Numbered from the stretch's first letter, positions 50,996 to 60,683 are shown. The stretch: 64,000 nt of DNA from Chloroflexota bacterium (GCA_042408445.1 JBHORC010000023.1:83403-147402); one strand, 5' to 3'. Numbers and translations: made by a program. The notes: generated from the sequence alone by a model not told the origin.

Positions 50996-52483
50996 GTGGC
51001 AACGATCGATCCGCCGGCCTGGGTCGCCGACAGCGTCTTCTTCCAGATCTTCCCGGACCGCTTCGTCCGGAGCGGCCGGGTGCCTGCGCCGGGACCGTTC
51101 GAGCCCTGGGACGACGCGCCAACGCGGACCGGGTTCAAGGGCGGGGATCTGTTCGGCGTCGCGTCACGGCTCGACGAGCTGGCCGATCTCGGGATCAACG
51201 GGCTGTACCTCAACCCGATCTTCAGCGCGGCCTCGAACCACCGCTACAACGCGACGGACTACCTCTCGGTCGACCCGCTGCTCGGCGGAGACGCGGCCCT
51301 GCGCGAGCTCCTGGACGCCGCCCACGAACGCGGGATCCGGGTCGTCCTCGACGGCGTCTTCAACCACTCCGGTCGCGGCTTCTTCCCGTTCCAGCATGTC
51401 CTCGAGAACGGGGCGGCGTCGCCGTACCGCGACTGGTTCTACCTGGACCCCGACGTCCTCGATGGCCGGCGGGGGATCGACGGCTACGGTCCGGGCAGCG
51501 GCGGGGCCGGCGGTGGCGGTGGCCCGGGCTACGCCAGCTGGTGGGGCGTGCCATCCCTGCCGAAGCTCCGCGTCGAGCATCCGCCGCTCCGCGAGTACCT
51601 GTTCGGCGTCGCCGAGCACTGGCTCCGGTTCGGGATCGACGGCTGGCGGCTGGACGTCCCGGCGGATGTCATCGACCCCACCTTCTGGCCGGAGTTCCGG
51701 CAGCGGGTCCGCGCCATCCGGCCCGATGCCTACCTCGTCGGCGAGATCTGGAGCGAGTCACCGGAATGGCTGCTCGGCGACCGCTTCGACGCGTTGATGA
51801 ACTATCCGCTGGCGCTCGCCATCCTCGGCTTCGCGAGCGGCGGGCAGCTGGACCGGGAGGCGATCGCGGGCCAGACGGACTACGCCCGGTTCCTGCACCC
51901 GCTCGACGGCCGCGCCTTCGGGGCTCGGCTCCACGCGCTGTTCGAGCTGCACGATCCGGCGGTGACCGCGGTCCAGTACAACCTCATCGGCAGCCACGAC
52001 ACGCCGCGGGCGCGAACCGTGCTGGCCGGCGACCTCGCCGCCCTCCGGATCGCGACGCTGCTCCTCCTCACGCTCCCCGGCGCGCCCTCGCTCTACTACG
52101 GCGACGAGCTGGGGATGGAGGGTGGCGCGGACCCGGACTGCCGCCGTGCCTGGCCGACGGCCCCCGACGAGGCGGCGTTGGCCCACCGCGCGTTCGTCCG
52201 AGCGGTCGCCCATGCCCGACACGAGCACCGCGCTCTCCGGCGCGGGGTCGCCCACGTCGCGGCCACGGACGGCGCGGCGATCGCGATCCTGCGGGAGGCG
52301 GACGCTGAGCACGCGCTCGTCGCCGTGAACGCCGGCCGGGAGACGGCACGCCTGATTGTCGACGGCGGGCCGGACGCCCTGGCGAGCCTGACGCCGCTCG
52401 CCCTGCCGGAGATCGCCACCGGTCGGCTCACGGATGGAGGAGCGATCGAGCTGCCGCCGCAGTCGGCGCTCGTGCTCGTCTAG
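50996..52483 (+). CDS. glycoside hydrolase family 13 protein (alpha-glucosidase / neopullulanase-like)
   Basis: GH13 regions (DGVFNHSG, GWRLDVPADV, EIWSE, GSHDTPR). GTG start 2 nt after the lacI stop. Confidence 0.8.
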   Translation: MATIDPPAWVADSVFFQIFPDRFVRSGRVPAPGPFEPWDDAPTRTGFKGGDLFGVASRLDELADLGINGLYLNPIFSAASNHRYNATDYLSVDPLLGGDAALRELLDAAHERGIRVVLDGVFNHSGRGFFPFQHVLENGAASPYRDWFYLDPDVLDGRRGIDGYGPGSGGAGGGGGPGYASWWGVPSLPKLRVEHPPLREYLFGVAEHWLRFGIDGWRLDVPADVIDPTFWPEFRQRVRAIRPDAYLVGEIWSESPEWLLGDRFDALMNYPLALAILGFASGGQLDREAIAGQTDYARFLHPLDGRAFGARLHALFELHDPAVTAVQYNLIGSHDTPRARTVLAGDLAALRIATLLLLTLPGAPSLYYGDELGMEGGADPDCRRAWPTAPDEAALAHRAFVRAVAHARHEHRALRRGVAHVAATDGAAIAILREADAEHALVAVNAGRETARLIVDGGPDALASLTPLALPEIATGRLTDGGAIELPPQSALVLV

Positions 52484-52493
52484 CCCGGGATCG

Positions 52494-54713
52494 CTAGCGG
52501 GCTGGCGCCTCGCTGGCGGGCGGCGGGGCGGCGTCGGTCGCGGCAGCCGCGCCGCGCGGCTGTCCGGCCGCCGGCAGGTACAGCTTCTCGACGTAGTCGT
52601 GGAGCATCCGCGTCGTGGAGAACCGCCACAGGTTCGAGGCCATCGAGCGACGCATGAGCGCGGCCCATCGCTGCGGGAGCCCGTTCGCGTCCCGGTCGTA
52701 GTAGCAGGGGACGATCTCCTCCTCGAGGAGGCGGTACAGGTCCTGGACGTCGGCCCAGTCCTGGGCTCCCTCGTCCGGGTTCGTCTCGCGGCCGCCGATC
52801 GCCCAGCCGTTGTCGCCGGTCCAGCCCTCGTCCCACCAGCCGTCGAGGACGCTCACGTTCACGACGCCGTTCACGGCGGCCTTCATCCCGCTGGTGCCCG
52901 ATGCCTCGAGCGGCCGGCGCGGGTTGTTCAGCCAGACATCGACGCCGGCGACGAGGTAGCGGGCGATCCGCATGTCGTAGTCCTCGACGATGAAGACGCG
53001 GCCGCGCAGCTTCTCCGACCGGGACCGGGCGAAGATGTCCTGGATGACGGACTGACCCGGCCGGTCCGCGGGGTGAGCCTTCCCCGCGTAGACGATCTGG
53101 ACGGGCCGATCCGCGTTCCACAGGATCCGGGCCAGCCGGTCGAGGTCGGTGAACAGCAGGCCGGCGCGCTTGTAGGTCGCGAACCGCCGGGCGAACCCGA
53201 TCGTGAGGATCGACGGGTCGAGCGCAGACTCGACGTCGTCCAGGACGGTCGGCGCCTCGCCGTGGCGCGCGAACTGCACCCGGAGCCGGCGCCGGGCGAA
53301 GATCGCAAGCTCCAGCTTCTCGCGCTCGTGGGTCTCCCAGAGCTCCGCGGTCGGAATGTCGGCGAGCCGGTCCCAGAACGGGCCGACCTCGCCCTCCGCG
53401 TCGAGGTCGTCGAGGTTCGCGTCCACGGAGCGCGAGAGCATCTCGCCCACGGCATTGCCGGCCCAGCTCGGGACGTGGATCCCGTTCGTGACGCCGAGGA
53501 TCCGATGGGGCGAGATGCCTTCCCACGTGGCGTTCGCGGTTTCGGCGTGGAGCTGGCTCACCGCGTTCGCGTCGTTCGTGAGGCGGAGTGAGAAGCCGGT
53601 CATGTCGAAGGTGGAGCGGTCGCCTTCCGGGCCCAGCCCGAGCTCGAGCACCGCGTCGACCGGGACCACGCCCGTCGTCGATCGTCCGTCACCCTCGAGC
53701 AGCGGCCCCGCGATCCGCCGGACGAGGTCCGCCGCGAAGCGCTCGTTGCCGGCCGAGACCGGCGTGTGGATCGTGAAGACGCTGTTCCGGCGGACTTTCG
53801 ACCAGGCCGTCTCGAGGTCGTCGCCGGCGGCCACGTGCTCCCGCGCCCGCTCCGCGAGCAGGAACGCCGAATGGCCCTCGTTCAGGTGCCAGACCGCCGG
53901 GTCGATGCCAAGCGCGCGGAGGGCCCGAACGCCGCCGGCCCCGAGGACGAGCTCCTGGTGGAGCCGCATCTCCCGGCCGCGGACGTAGAGGATGTGGGTG
54001 ATCGGCCGGTCGCCGTCGTCGTTCTCCGGGATGTCGGTGTCGAGCAGGAGCACGGGCGTCCGCCCGACCTGGACGCACCAGACCGCGATGTGGAGGTCGC
54101 GACCGGGGAGTGCGATCGTCACCGTGAGCGGCTCGCCCCCGCGTCCCTGGACCCGACCGACGGGCCACGTCCGGAGGTCGTAGTCCGGGTAGGCGTGCTC
54201 CTGGTGGCCGTCGGCATCGATCGTCTGATGGAAATAGCCGCGCCGATAGAGCAGTCCGACGCCGACGAACGGCAGCGCCATGTCGGACGTCGTCTTCATG
54301 TGGTCGCCGGCGAGCACGCCGAGGCCGCCGGAGTAGATGCCGAGCGCCTCGGACAGCCCGTATTCCGCACAGAAGTACGCGACGGGACCCGGAAGCTCGT
54401 CGGCGTGATGGCGCTCGAACCATCGGTCGGCGCCGTTGGACATGTAGCGCTCGAACTCGCGGATGACCTCGCCGGCCTCCGCCATGAAGCTCGTGTCGTC
54501 GAGCAGGCGGGTCCAGTCGACCGGGCCGGCGAGCACGGGGATCGGGTTGCGGTGCCGGTTCCAGGCACGGCGGTCGATCCGGCTCCAGATCGAGCGAGCC
54601 CGCGGGTGCCACGCCCAGTACAGGTTGTAGGCGAGCGGCCGCAGGCCCTCGAGGGCCGGCGGGAGCCGGAACGAAGCGCCCGGAATCGTCGGGACGAGGA
54701 CACGGCTGGGCAT
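52494..54713 (-). CDS. glgP: alpha-glucan phosphorylase (GT35; maltodextrin/glycogen phosphorylase, short bacterial type)
   Basis: PLP-binding region (TSGMKAAVNGVVNVSVLDGWW) and N-terminal YFCAEYGL motif. Confidence 0.85.
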   Translation of the reverse strand: MPSRVLVPTIPGASFRLPPALEGLRPLAYNLYWAWHPRARSIWSRIDRRAWNRHRNPIPVLAGPVDWTRLLDDTSFMAEAGEVIREFERYMSNGADRWFERHHADELPGPVAYFCAEYGLSEALGIYSGGLGVLAGDHMKTTSDMALPFVGVGLLYRRGYFHQTIDADGHQEHAYPDYDLRTWPVGRVQGRGGEPLTVTIALPGRDLHIAVWCVQVGRTPVLLLDTDIPENDDGDRPITHILYVRGREMRLHQELVLGAGGVRALRALGIDPAVWHLNEGHSAFLLAERAREHVAAGDDLETAWSKVRRNSVFTIHTPVSAGNERFAADLVRRIAGPLLEGDGRSTTGVVPVDAVLELGLGPEGDRSTFDMTGFSLRLTNDANAVSQLHAETANATWEGISPHRILGVTNGIHVPSWAGNAVGEMLSRSVDANLDDLDAEGEVGPFWDRLADIPTAELWETHEREKLELAIFARRRLRVQFARHGEAPTVLDDVESALDPSILTIGFARRFATYKRAGLLFTDLDRLARILWNADRPVQIVYAGKAHPADRPGQSVIQDIFARSRSEKLRGRVFIVEDYDMRIARYLVAGVDVWLNNPRRPLEASGTSGMKAAVNGVVNVSVLDGWWDEGWTGDNGWAIGGRETNPDEGAQDWADVQDLYRLLEEEIVPCYYDRDANGLPQRWAALMRRSMASNLWRFSTTRMLHDYVEKLYLPAAGQPRGAAAATDAAPPPASEAPAR

Positions 54714-54746
54714 GCGGGCAGGATGATAGCCGCTGGGTCTCGCGTC

Positions 54747-54758
54747 TGAACCGGTTTA
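54747..54758. promoter_or_regulatory. LacI-type operator-like palindrome TGAACCGGTTTA between divergent glgP and glgA
   Basis: Core AACCGGTT is identical to the sites upstream of the LacI-family gene. Confidence 0.45.
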
Positions 54759-54812
54759 GCGCCCTGCGGGCGCAAACGCCGCGACGCAGTCGGCCCCGGC
54801 TACGATGCGCCG

Positions 54813-56327
54813 ATGCCGCTCCGCGTCGCGATGATCGCCGCCGAATGCGAGCCGTGGGCCAAGACCGGCGGGCTCGGCGACGTCGTCGACGCGCTCGCCC
54901 GGAGTCTCGGCCGACTGCCGGCGGCCATCGCCGGTCCGGTCGACGTCTTCCTGCCGCGCTACCGGTCCATCGAGCTGCCGTCCGGCGCGCGCGGCGACGG
55001 TGATGAGAGCGCTCACCGTCAGGTCGTGCGCGTTCCGGATCCGCTCGCACCGGACGGCACGAGCGACGTGACGATCGTCGACGTGTTGACGAACGGCTAT
55101 CGGCTCCGGCTCGTCGACCACCCCGCCGCGTTCGACCGGGACGGCCTGTATGGCCCGCCCAGCGGCGGCGATTTCGAGGACAACGCGTGGCGGTTCGGGC
55201 TGCTCTGCCGGGCCGCCCTGGAGACGCTTCGCACAGAGCCCGACGCGCCCGTCGACGTCGTCCACCTGCACGATTGGCACACCGGTCCGGCCGCGATCCA
55301 GCGGGACGCGTGGCTCGCCGACGATCCGGTCATCGGCCGCGCCGCGATGGTCATGACCCTCCACAACCTCGCCTATCACGGCTGGACGGATCGGACGCAG
55401 CTCCGCCAGCTCGGCCTCGTGCCAGGCGGCGGGATCGTCGGGGAGGAGGCGGACGGCGTCGACCTGATCCGCGAGGGGATCGTCCGGAGCGAGGTCGCGA
55501 ACACCGTCAGCCCCGGGTTCGCACGTGAGGCGCTGACGCCAGAGGGCGGCTTCGGCCTCGACGACGCGCTCCGGGCAAAAGGCGACCGCTTCGTCGGCAT
55601 CCTGAACGGGCTCGACACCGTCGTCTGGGACCCGGCCACCGACCCGGACCTTGCCGCTCGCTACTCGGCGGACGACCTGACGGGCAAGGCGGCGTGCCGG
55701 ACGGATCTCCTGGAGCGGCTCGGGTTCGATCCCCACGACGACGGAGCGGTCCTCGGGATGATCGGCCGGCTCGACCCGCAGAAGGGCTTCGACCTCGTCG
55801 CGGCGGCGGCTCCGCGTCTGGTCGCCGCTGGCGTGCGGATCGTCGTCCAGGGCTCCGGCGATCACGCGCTCGCCGCGCCGCTCCAGGCGCTCGCCACGCA
55901 GCGGCCGGATCGGGTCGCGCTGATCGAGCGATTCGACCGGGCGATGGCCCGCCGGATCTACGCCGGCGCCGACTTCTTCCTCATGCCGTCGCGGTTCGAG
56001 CCGTGCGGCACCGGCCAGATGGTCGCCTTGCGCTACGGGACGCCGCCGATCGTCCGACGGACCGGTGGGCTCGCCGACACCGTCATCGACGTCGTCGCGA
56101 GCCCCCGGACCGGCACCGGCTTCGTCTTCGACGCGGCGACGCCGGAGGCACTCGAGGTCGCCTGTCGCGCGGCGATCGAGATGCGCGCGGCGGGCGGTGT
56201 CCGCTGGGACGAGCTGATCGCGCGCGGGATGGCGGTCGATTTCGGTTGGGATCGTGGGTCCGCACCCCGGTATGCGGCCCTTTACGAGCGGGCGGTCTCG
56301 ATCCGTCGGGGCGGCGCCGCCGGCTGA
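54813..56327 (+). CDS. glgA: glycogen synthase (GT5, ADP-glucose type)
   Basis: N-terminal signature AECEPWAKTGGLGDV and C-terminal GT-B motifs (FLMPSRFEPCG). Confidence 0.85.
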   Translation: MPLRVAMIAAECEPWAKTGGLGDVVDALARSLGRLPAAIAGPVDVFLPRYRSIELPSGARGDGDESAHRQVVRVPDPLAPDGTSDVTIVDVLTNGYRLRLVDHPAAFDRDGLYGPPSGGDFEDNAWRFGLLCRAALETLRTEPDAPVDVVHLHDWHTGPAAIQRDAWLADDPVIGRAAMVMTLHNLAYHGWTDRTQLRQLGLVPGGGIVGEEADGVDLIREGIVRSEVANTVSPGFAREALTPEGGFGLDDALRAKGDRFVGILNGLDTVVWDPATDPDLAARYSADDLTGKAACRTDLLERLGFDPHDDGAVLGMIGRLDPQKGFDLVAAAAPRLVAAGVRIVVQGSGDHALAAPLQALATQRPDRVALIERFDRAMARRIYAGADFFLMPSRFEPCGTGQMVALRYGTPPIVRRTGGLADTVIDVVASPRTGTGFVFDAATPEALEVACRAAIEMRAAGGVRWDELIARGMAVDFGWDRGSAPRYAALYERAVSIRRGGAAG

Positions 56328-56378
56328 CGGCTCGCCGAACGGGCGCTCGCTCTCCGCCGCTTCGTCAGCGGCGCCAGG

Positions 56379-57293
56379 TCAGCGGCCGGCCGCCGTGGGA
56401 TCGATCGCCCGGAGCAGGGCAAGGGTCGTTGCCTCCGCGCGCGTCCGCATCGGCCCGTGGGTGCCACCCGCGATCGTCGTGACGCGCTCCTCCCCGATCA
56501 GCGTCGCGATCTCCGCTGCCGTCGCGTCGGGGACGAGGCCGCCGGCCGCCGGCTCGCCGCGGACGAGCCGGATTCGCTCCATTGCGACACGGCCCGCGGT
56601 CCCGGCCAGCTGCCGCAGCTCGGCGAGGCCGCCGTCCCAGTCGCCGTTGTCGCCGAGGATCGCTCGGACCGCCGCTTCATCGAACTGCGTCAGCGCCTCC
56701 GCCTTGCCGGCGAGATCGCCCCAGGACCAGGTCGGGTGGATGCCGGCGAGCGTCCGGAGCGCGGCCTCGACATCGTCCTGATGCCCGTCGGCGGGGTCGT
56801 CGAGCATCGCGACCATCGTCGCCGCGGGCGCCGCAGGCGGATCGAGCAGCACCGAGATCGCCGGCTCGAGGCCGACCGCCGGCATCGCTGCGAGCGTCAT
56901 CGCACCCCAGCTGTGCCCGACGATCGCGAGGTCGTCGCGCGCCAGACCGGCCGCAGCGACGAACCCAGCGATGAACCGGGCGTTGTCACGGAACGCCACG
57001 CCGCCGTGCCAGTGGCCGGTTCGACCGTGGCCCGGCTGATCGATCGCGACGACTGTGCGCCCGAGGCCCGCCGCCAGGGCCGGGCCGATCCGCCACCAGA
57101 TCCGCGACGAGGCCGTGACGCCGTGGAGGAGCAGCAGCGGCGGCGCGTCGCGTGGCCCCCAGCGTCGGACGGCGAACGGAATCCCGTCGGAGGTGACGAC
57201 GTCCTCGTCCGGCGCCGGTGGATCGTCGAGGGCGGCGACTACGGCGGGCGGAAGGTCTCGCTCGGAAGCGCCGAGCGGCTCGGGGAGCGCCAC
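56379..57293 (-). CDS. alpha/beta hydrolase fold protein
   Basis: LLLLHGVTASS and nucleophile elbow GHSWGA. Confidence 0.7.
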   Translation of the reverse strand: MALPEPLGASERDLPPAVVAALDDPPAPDEDVVTSDGIPFAVRRWGPRDAPPLLLLHGVTASSRIWWRIGPALAAGLGRTVVAIDQPGHGRTGHWHGGVAFRDNARFIAGFVAAAGLARDDLAIVGHSWGAMTLAAMPAVGLEPAISVLLDPPAAPAATMVAMLDDPADGHQDDVEAALRTLAGIHPTWSWGDLAGKAEALTQFDEAAVRAILGDNGDWDGGLAELRQLAGTAGRVAMERIRLVRGEPAAGGLVPDATAAEIATLIGEERVTTIAGGTHGPMRTRAEATTLALLRAIDPTAAGR

Positions 57294-57425
57294 GTCTCGA
57301 CCGTATCACGACCGGGATGGCTCCTCGCCACGCTGTGGCCGGCTGCTCGCCGCGCGGAGCCCCGCTAGACTCGTCCGGCAGTCGTCTTCGCGCGCCGAAT
57401 CGCGCCCCACGTGCCGGAGGTCTCG

Positions 57426-57815
57426 ATGGCCAACCAGTTCGTCGTCGAGCTGAAGAACCAGCCCGGAGGTCTCGCCGTGCTCGCGGAGCTGCTCGCGGCG
57501 CGCGGCATCGACCTTCGCGCGATCGGCGGCGGCGGGATCGGCGACTCGGGCCACATCATCATGACCACGGCCGACGACGACGGTGCCCGGTCGGTCCTCG
57601 AGGACGGCGGCTACACGTTCATCGAGGGCGAATCGATCCTGACCGAGGTCGACGATCGTCCCGGCGGCATGGCCCGGCTCTCCCGCCAGCTCGCTGATGC
57701 CGGGGTGAACATCTACGGGCACCTGTTCCTCGGGCGGTGGGGTGATCGGGCGATGTTCGCGTTCGTCGTCGACGACCCGGAGAAGGCCCGGCCGATCCTC
57801 GAACGCAAGGCCTGA
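57426..57815 (+). CDS. ACT domain-containing protein (tandem ACT)
   Basis: Two ACT-like repeats (VELKNQPGGLAVLAELLAARGIDLRAI; TEVDDRPGGMARLSRQLADAGVNIY). GGAGG RBS before ATG 57426 (ORF opens at GTG 57411). Confidence 0.65.
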   Translation: MANQFVVELKNQPGGLAVLAELLAARGIDLRAIGGGGIGDSGHIIMTTADDDGARSVLEDGGYTFIEGESILTEVDDRPGGMARLSRQLADAGVNIYGHLFLGRWGDRAMFAFVVDDPEKARPILERKA

Positions 57816-57837
57816 CCGGCAGCCGAGCGCGACGGCG

Positions 57838-58593
57838 ATGTTCGACGACGAGCAGCGGTACCTCTTCGATCTCCAGGGCTGGATCACCGTCCCCGATGCG
57901 CTGGATCCAGCGCTCGTCGCGGCGCTGAACGCGGAGTTCGACCGGCGGATCGCGGCGGCCGTGCCGCCCGACGCGAATGCCTGGCGGTTCGGCGACATCC
58001 TCGACTGGGGACCGGACTGGCTCGGCCTCATCGACAACGAGGCCGTCATCGATGTCCTCGAAGGGATCCTCGGTGCCGGGTTCCGGCTCGACCACGACTA
58101 CGCCGACGTCATCCGGCGCGGCAAGGGCCCGATCGGAACCGTGCTCCATGGCGGCGCGACGCCGTTCGACCCGGGACAGTCGTACCAGGTCCGCGACGGC
58201 CAGATCCGCTCGGGGCTCGTGGTCGTCGCCTACAACCTTCGCGACGTGAATCCGGGCGACGGCGGGTTCGCGGGAGTCGCCGGAAGCCACAAGGCGAACT
58301 TCGCGCTGCCCGAGGCATGGCACGAGCTGGACGTCGATCCGCCGCGGCCATTCGTGACGCCGGTCACCGGGCCGGCCGGGACGGCGGTGATCTTCACGGA
58401 GGCGCTGTCACACGGGACGCTGCCGTGGCGCGGGGCAGGGGAGCGCCGGACCGCCTTCTTCAAGTACAACCCCCACCCGATCGCGTGGTCGGGTCGCTTC
58501 TATGACCGCGAGCGCTATCCGGGCCTGACCGAGCGGCAGCGGGCGATCCTCGAGCCGCCGAATGCACGCTACGGCGGCCGGCCGACGGCCTGA
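57838..58593 (+). CDS. phytanoyl-CoA dioxygenase (PhyH) family Fe(II)/2-oxoglutarate oxygenase
   Basis: HxD...H facial-triad context (RLDHDYAD ... HKANF) typical of the PhyH family. Confidence 0.6.
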   Translation: MFDDEQRYLFDLQGWITVPDALDPALVAALNAEFDRRIAAAVPPDANAWRFGDILDWGPDWLGLIDNEAVIDVLEGILGAGFRLDHDYADVIRRGKGPIGTVLHGGATPFDPGQSYQVRDGQIRSGLVVVAYNLRDVNPGDGGFAGVAGSHKANFALPEAWHELDVDPPRPFVTPVTGPAGTAVIFTEALSHGTLPWRGAGERRTAFFKYNPHPIAWSGRFYDRERYPGLTERQRAILEPPNARYGGRPTA

Positions 58594-58675
58594 CGACTCG
58601 AGGAGCCGCCACAGATCGAACGACAACAAGGGGCCATTCGGCCCATGCGCGCACGCAGGACCGTCAGGAAACTCA

Positions 58676-58700
58676 CATCAGTTTGATGTCAGTTGTCTGA
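58676..58700. promoter_or_regulatory. AT-rich inverted repeats (CATCA-gtt-TGATG and TCAG-ttgt-CTGA) 30-55 nt upstream of nirK; candidate promoter/operator (possibly Rrf2/NsrR-type)
   Basis: Locally AT-rich segment in a ~72 % GC background containing two short palindromes. GGAGGAG RBS follows. Confidence 0.3.
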
Positions 58701-58730
58701 TCCGGACTCCGGTCCGTGGAGGAGCCAGCG

Positions 58731-60125
58731 ATGCGCCGTCACCACGTCCTGCACCTGTCCTTCGTCCTCGTGCTGAGCCTGCTCGCCGCATGCGCCCCCG
58801 CCGCCAAGCCGGCGTGGACCTATCCGCCCGCAGGGGCCTCGCGCGGACCCGACATGGCGATGGCCATGTCCGACGCGTCCGCTGCTCCCAAATCCGCGGC
58901 GGGGGCCGTCCCCGCCGGCGGCACCCTCGCGATCGTCGCGTTCGATCTGGGGTTCCAGCCGGCCGCTCTCACGGTCGCCACCGCAGGCGACTACGCCGTG
59001 AAGTTCTCCAACACCGGGTCGACGCCCCACGACGTCACCTTCGCCGACGGGACGAAGCTCGCGGCCGATCCGGGTGCGACGACCTCCGGACGAATCTCGG
59101 TCCCGGCCCAGGGAATCGAGTTCCTCTGCTCGGTGCCCGGTCATGCCGCGGCGGGGATGAAGGGCGTCGTGCTGGTTGCCGGCGCGGGCGCCCCGGCTTC
59201 CCAGGCCGCCCCGAGCCCGGTGGCAGCTTCGGCGCCGATCGAGGACCCGAACGCGCCCGCGTATCTGCTGCGCGATGCAGCGGCCCCGACGATCCTCGCC
59301 GGCACCGTTCACGACATCGATCTGCCGATCGTCGAAACCGACATCACCGTGGCCAAGGGGTTCGTCGTCCATGCATGGACCTTCGGTGGCACGGTTCCCG
59401 GTCCGACCATTCGCGTCCACCTCGGTGACACCATTCGGGTCCACCTGACGAACAACGGAACGATGACCCATTCGATTGACTTCCACGCGAGCCAGACGGC
59501 GATGAACCACCAGATGGTCGCGATCGCGCCCGGCGACACGTTCACCTACACCTTCACCGCCGACTATGCGGGCGTGTGGATGTACCACTGCGGCACCGCG
59601 CCCGCGCTCCATCACATCGCCAACGGCATGTTCGGGATGGTCATCGTGGAGCCGACGGGAGGCTTCGCGAAGGTCGACCAGGAAGTCGCCCTCGTCCAGA
59701 GCGAGTGGTACCTGGGACAGCAGAAGCAGCCCGTCGACTACGCCAAAGCGAGCGCTGCGGCGCCGGCGCCCGACTTCGTCGTCTTCAACGGGATCGCGAA
59801 CCAGTACAAGGACCACCCGATTGCCGTGACGACGCGTGGGCGGGTCCGGGTGTTCGTCCTCGACGCGGGACCCAACGTTGACAGCTCGTTCCATGTCGTC
59901 GGCACGATCTTCGACACGGTCATCAAGGAGGGGATCGCCCTGAGCCCCAAGAACGCCGGCGGATGGGGCAGCCAGGCCGTCGACCTGTCGCCGGCGCAGG
60001 GCGCGATCATCGAGTTCAGTCCGCGAGAGGATGGGATGTACCCGCTCGTGACGCATGCCTTCAACTTTGTCGGCAGAGGCGCGATCGGGATCTTCATGGC
60101 CGGCGACGGCGATCCGAGCAACTAG
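58731..60125 (+). CDS. nirK: copper-containing nitrite reductase (NirK) with N-terminal cupredoxin (plastocyanin/azurin-like) domain; lipoprotein
   Basis: Lipobox LSLLAAC. Cupredoxin ligands (HDVTF ... CSVPGHAAAGM). NirK T1/T2 copper motifs HSIDFH and WMYHCGTAPALHHIANGMFGM. ORF opens at GTG 58716; ATG 58731 has the GGAGGAG RBS. Confidence 0.8.
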   Translation: MRRHHVLHLSFVLVLSLLAACAPAAKPAWTYPPAGASRGPDMAMAMSDASAAPKSAAGAVPAGGTLAIVAFDLGFQPAALTVATAGDYAVKFSNTGSTPHDVTFADGTKLAADPGATTSGRISVPAQGIEFLCSVPGHAAAGMKGVVLVAGAGAPASQAAPSPVAASAPIEDPNAPAYLLRDAAAPTILAGTVHDIDLPIVETDITVAKGFVVHAWTFGGTVPGPTIRVHLGDTIRVHLTNNGTMTHSIDFHASQTAMNHQMVAIAPGDTFTYTFTADYAGVWMYHCGTAPALHHIANGMFGMVIVEPTGGFAKVDQEVALVQSEWYLGQQKQPVDYAKASAAAPAPDFVVFNGIANQYKDHPIAVTTRGRVRVFVLDAGPNVDSSFHVVGTIFDTVIKEGIALSPKNAGGWGSQAVDLSPAQGAIIEFSPREDGMYPLVTHAFNFVGRGAIGIFMAGDGDPSN

Positions 60126-60141
60126 CAGCGAGGGCCGGGCG

Positions 60142-60588
60142 GTGCGAGTCGAGCTCACGAAGCGCGCGGACTATGCCATCCGCGCGGTTCTCGCCCTTGC
60201 CGCCGCCGACGCCCGGCTCAGCGTCCGCGAGATCGCAGCCGATCGGGGCATCCCGGCCTCGTTCCTGCGGCAGGTCATGGGAGACCTCGTTGCCGCCGGC
60301 CTGATCGAGGGCGTGGAGGGTCGAAACGGCGGATACCGCCTGGCGCGCCCCGCCGGTAGCGTTTCGCTGCTAGACGTCATCGAGGCGGTCGAGGGGGATA
60401 GCCATCGGCGCGGCTGTGTCCTTCGAGGCGGGCCCTGCCGACTGGACGGCGTGTGCGATGTCCATGGCGTATTCGTGGCGGCGCAGGACCAGCTTCTGGC
60501 GCACCTGGCGGCGGCGACCATCGAATCCGTTCTCCCGACCGAGGGTCGCCGGCGGGACCGCCTTCGAGGTGTCCCGCCGATCGCGTGA
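60142..60588 (+). CDS. Rrf2 family transcriptional regulator, NsrR-like (three-Cys Fe-S cluster site)
   Basis: N-terminal Rrf2 HTH (LTKRADYAIRAVLALA...LSVREIAADRGIPASFLRQVM). Cys triad CVLRGGPCRLDGVC. GTG start. Confidence 0.75.
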   Translation: MRVELTKRADYAIRAVLALAAADARLSVREIAADRGIPASFLRQVMGDLVAAGLIEGVEGRNGGYRLARPAGSVSLLDVIEAVEGDSHRRGCVLRGGPCRLDGVCDVHGVFVAAQDQLLAHLAAATIESVLPTEGRRRDRLRGVPPIA

Positions 60589-60607
60589 TACCGTGTCAGA
60601 GGGCCCG

Positions 60608-60683
60608 GCGGGAGTAGCTCAGTTGGCAGAGCGGCAGCCTTCCAAGCTGCATGTCGCGGGTTCGAACCCCGTCTCCCGCTCCA
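60608..60683 (+). tRNA. tRNA-Gly (anticodon UCC), CCA encoded
   Basis: Cloverleaf folded by hand: acceptor GCGGGAG/CTCCCGC, D-arm GCTC/GAGC, anticodon stem GCAGC/GCTGC with loop CTTCCAA (U33, anticodon TCC, A37), T-arm GCGGG-TTCGAAC-CCCGT, discriminator T, CCA. Confidence 0.85.

Noticed and set aside
58630-58645. GGGCC-attc-GGCCC hairpin after the PhyH gene as a terminator
   Set aside because: Stem is only 5 bp with no U-tract. Too weak to call.
60608-60683. tRNA-Gly as a possible genomic-island attachment site
   Set aside because: No integrase, no repeat of the tRNA 3' end and no composition change within the remaining window. The flanking genes are ordinary chromosomal genes.
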